A stretch of DNA of 63,685 nt, counting the filler, from Gonapodya sp. JEL0774 (lineage: Eukaryota): the NCBI GenBank assembly GCA_027604505.1. It is 24 parts of 24 records of this genome, joined end to end, with 100 filler letters (N's around TTAATTAATTAA, not from the genome) between each part and the next. Parts side by side here need not be neighbours in the genome. Positions count along the whole stretch, not along the records: positions 61,148 to 63,685 come from JADIIX010001857.1; 23 more parts are not named here. One strand, given 5' to 3'. Below the pieces are notes generated by a model that was not told the DNA's origin, did not search any database, and saw nothing but the letters and a program-made list of their open reading frames with translations. Positions 62,572 through 63,685 of the stretch are shown here, piece by piece. A program made the translations under genes and the position numbers. The stretch's first letter is position 1. Every line of letters starts with the position of its first letter.

Positions 62572-63685
62572 CTAGTTCCTGTTGAGATCATTAAGGATCC
62601 GCAAAATGTAGAGGAACATGTTCAAAAGGTCGAGGTAAAGTTCCACAGCAGCAATAATGTAATCCTCAGGACTAAAAGTTTGCGATGAGGTATGGAGAAA
62701 GTTGGAGGATGCACATAGTGAGCGATGAAAAGGCGAAAAACAAGAGTGAGGAGCGTCAGCTCACCTCAAACGGTTAAAAATGAGGTATGTGTCGAAAACA
62801 GTGTACGCGCAGAACACCAACGCCCCTACCACCGCGATCGCCAAATCAGCAACGCGATTGAACGGCAGGAAGATTTGAACAAAGCCCGCGATGACCAAGC
62901 CCCAAACAGCTATGTATAAAAAGGGTCCCATGCCCGAAAAGTCATAACGGGACTGAATGGTGAAGACACTGAGCGCGAGGAAAAGCGCGAACGTGATGAT
63001 TACTGCTTGGAGGACCACTCGAGAGTCGTAGAATGATACTTCAAAGAAGACGCATGGAATTAGACGCACAAACAGACGGTTATTAGCAACAGGTATGTAC
63101 CAGCGGTTCCGACGGAGAATGCCTCGCAAAATGTGAAACTGCAAGACAATTCGACTCGACTAGTCAAGACGGGCGGAACATGAGAGCTCTGATATTACGT
63201 ACATGGACAGAACGACAAAGTTCCACGGAGTTGTTCTTTTGACGAAGAATAAGGCGAGGAGTGACACCTATTTTGGGGTTGCGTGACACAGCGTGGATAA
63301 ACGTGCATGAAGATAAAGTGCAACTCGTTGGATGGAGCATGCCTCACCAGGGCTCCAACGAGAGGAACATAGAAAGCCCATGCGTTATCAACGATCCAAT
63401 ACTTGAAACTTCCTCCGTTGGCAAACATCATCATGGCCCCTAGATAGGTCAAATGTTTGAAAACTCGCCCCTCAGCTGCACTCCTCACAAGAGAGCACCA
63501 TGCCCGGCCGTGGCCGGGCAAGAAGAACTCACCGACGAGCATCGTCATTCCTATTTGCGCAGTGAGTATAGTGTAGACCTTGCGGACAAAGCCCCTCCGA
63601 ATTTCCGCACTCGAATCGATCACCATGACAAGTGGCGGCTTGTATGACTCTGGGTCACCAGGATAGCCGGGATTAACGGAGTAGA
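62572..63685 (-). CDS. Bax inhibitor-1 / TMBIM family membrane protein (Bxi1-like), 5'-truncated
   Basis: IRRGFVRKVYTILTAQI, VLQAVIITFALFLALSVFTIQSRYDFSGMG, YTVFDTYLI and PEDYIIAAVELYLDLLNMFLYILRIL. Confidence 0.93.

Noticed and set aside
1..63685. A multi-gene cluster or operon spanning the window (e.g. linking rvt with the ankyrin, BTB or Gypsy contigs)
   Set aside because: The contigs are concatenated by length, so adjacency across linkers carries no biological information.

Overview
This is not one locus. It is 24 unrelated contigs of about 2.54-2.57 kb, sorted by decreasing length and joined by an artificial 100-nt linker (N-run + TTAATTAATTAA + N-run), so gene neighbourhood across a linker means nothing. 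The DNA is eukaryotic, roughly 50% GC, with many short GT-AG introns. The gene content suggests an early-diverging fungus (chytrid/monoblepharid, Gonapodya-like); this is inference. Recognisable, mostly truncated genes: hemerythrin-domain protein, bacterial-type EctD/PhyH 2OG-Fe(II) dioxygenase, 3-beta-HSD-family pseudogene, Ty3/Gypsy pol, histidine phosphatase (DET1-like), divergent Hsp70, FAD monooxygenase, MFS permease, P5B-ATPase, ankyrin proteins, Agd3-like deacetylase, flotillin, catalase, HIS6, SAM methyltransferase, BTB protein, extracellular solute-binding protein, TBC Rab-GAP and Bax-inhibitor-1. The most notable items are (i) the intron-containing C-terminal part of a cellular rvt-type reverse transcriptase gene, (ii) several bacterial-looking genes that carry spliceosomal introns, (iii) a complete non-autonomous CACTA-like element with TSD and a perfect hairpin, and (iv) a CpG-depleted unknown element with terminal hairpins, telomere-like repeats and a 37-bp array. 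All family calls come from motif recognition by eye; no database search was run.
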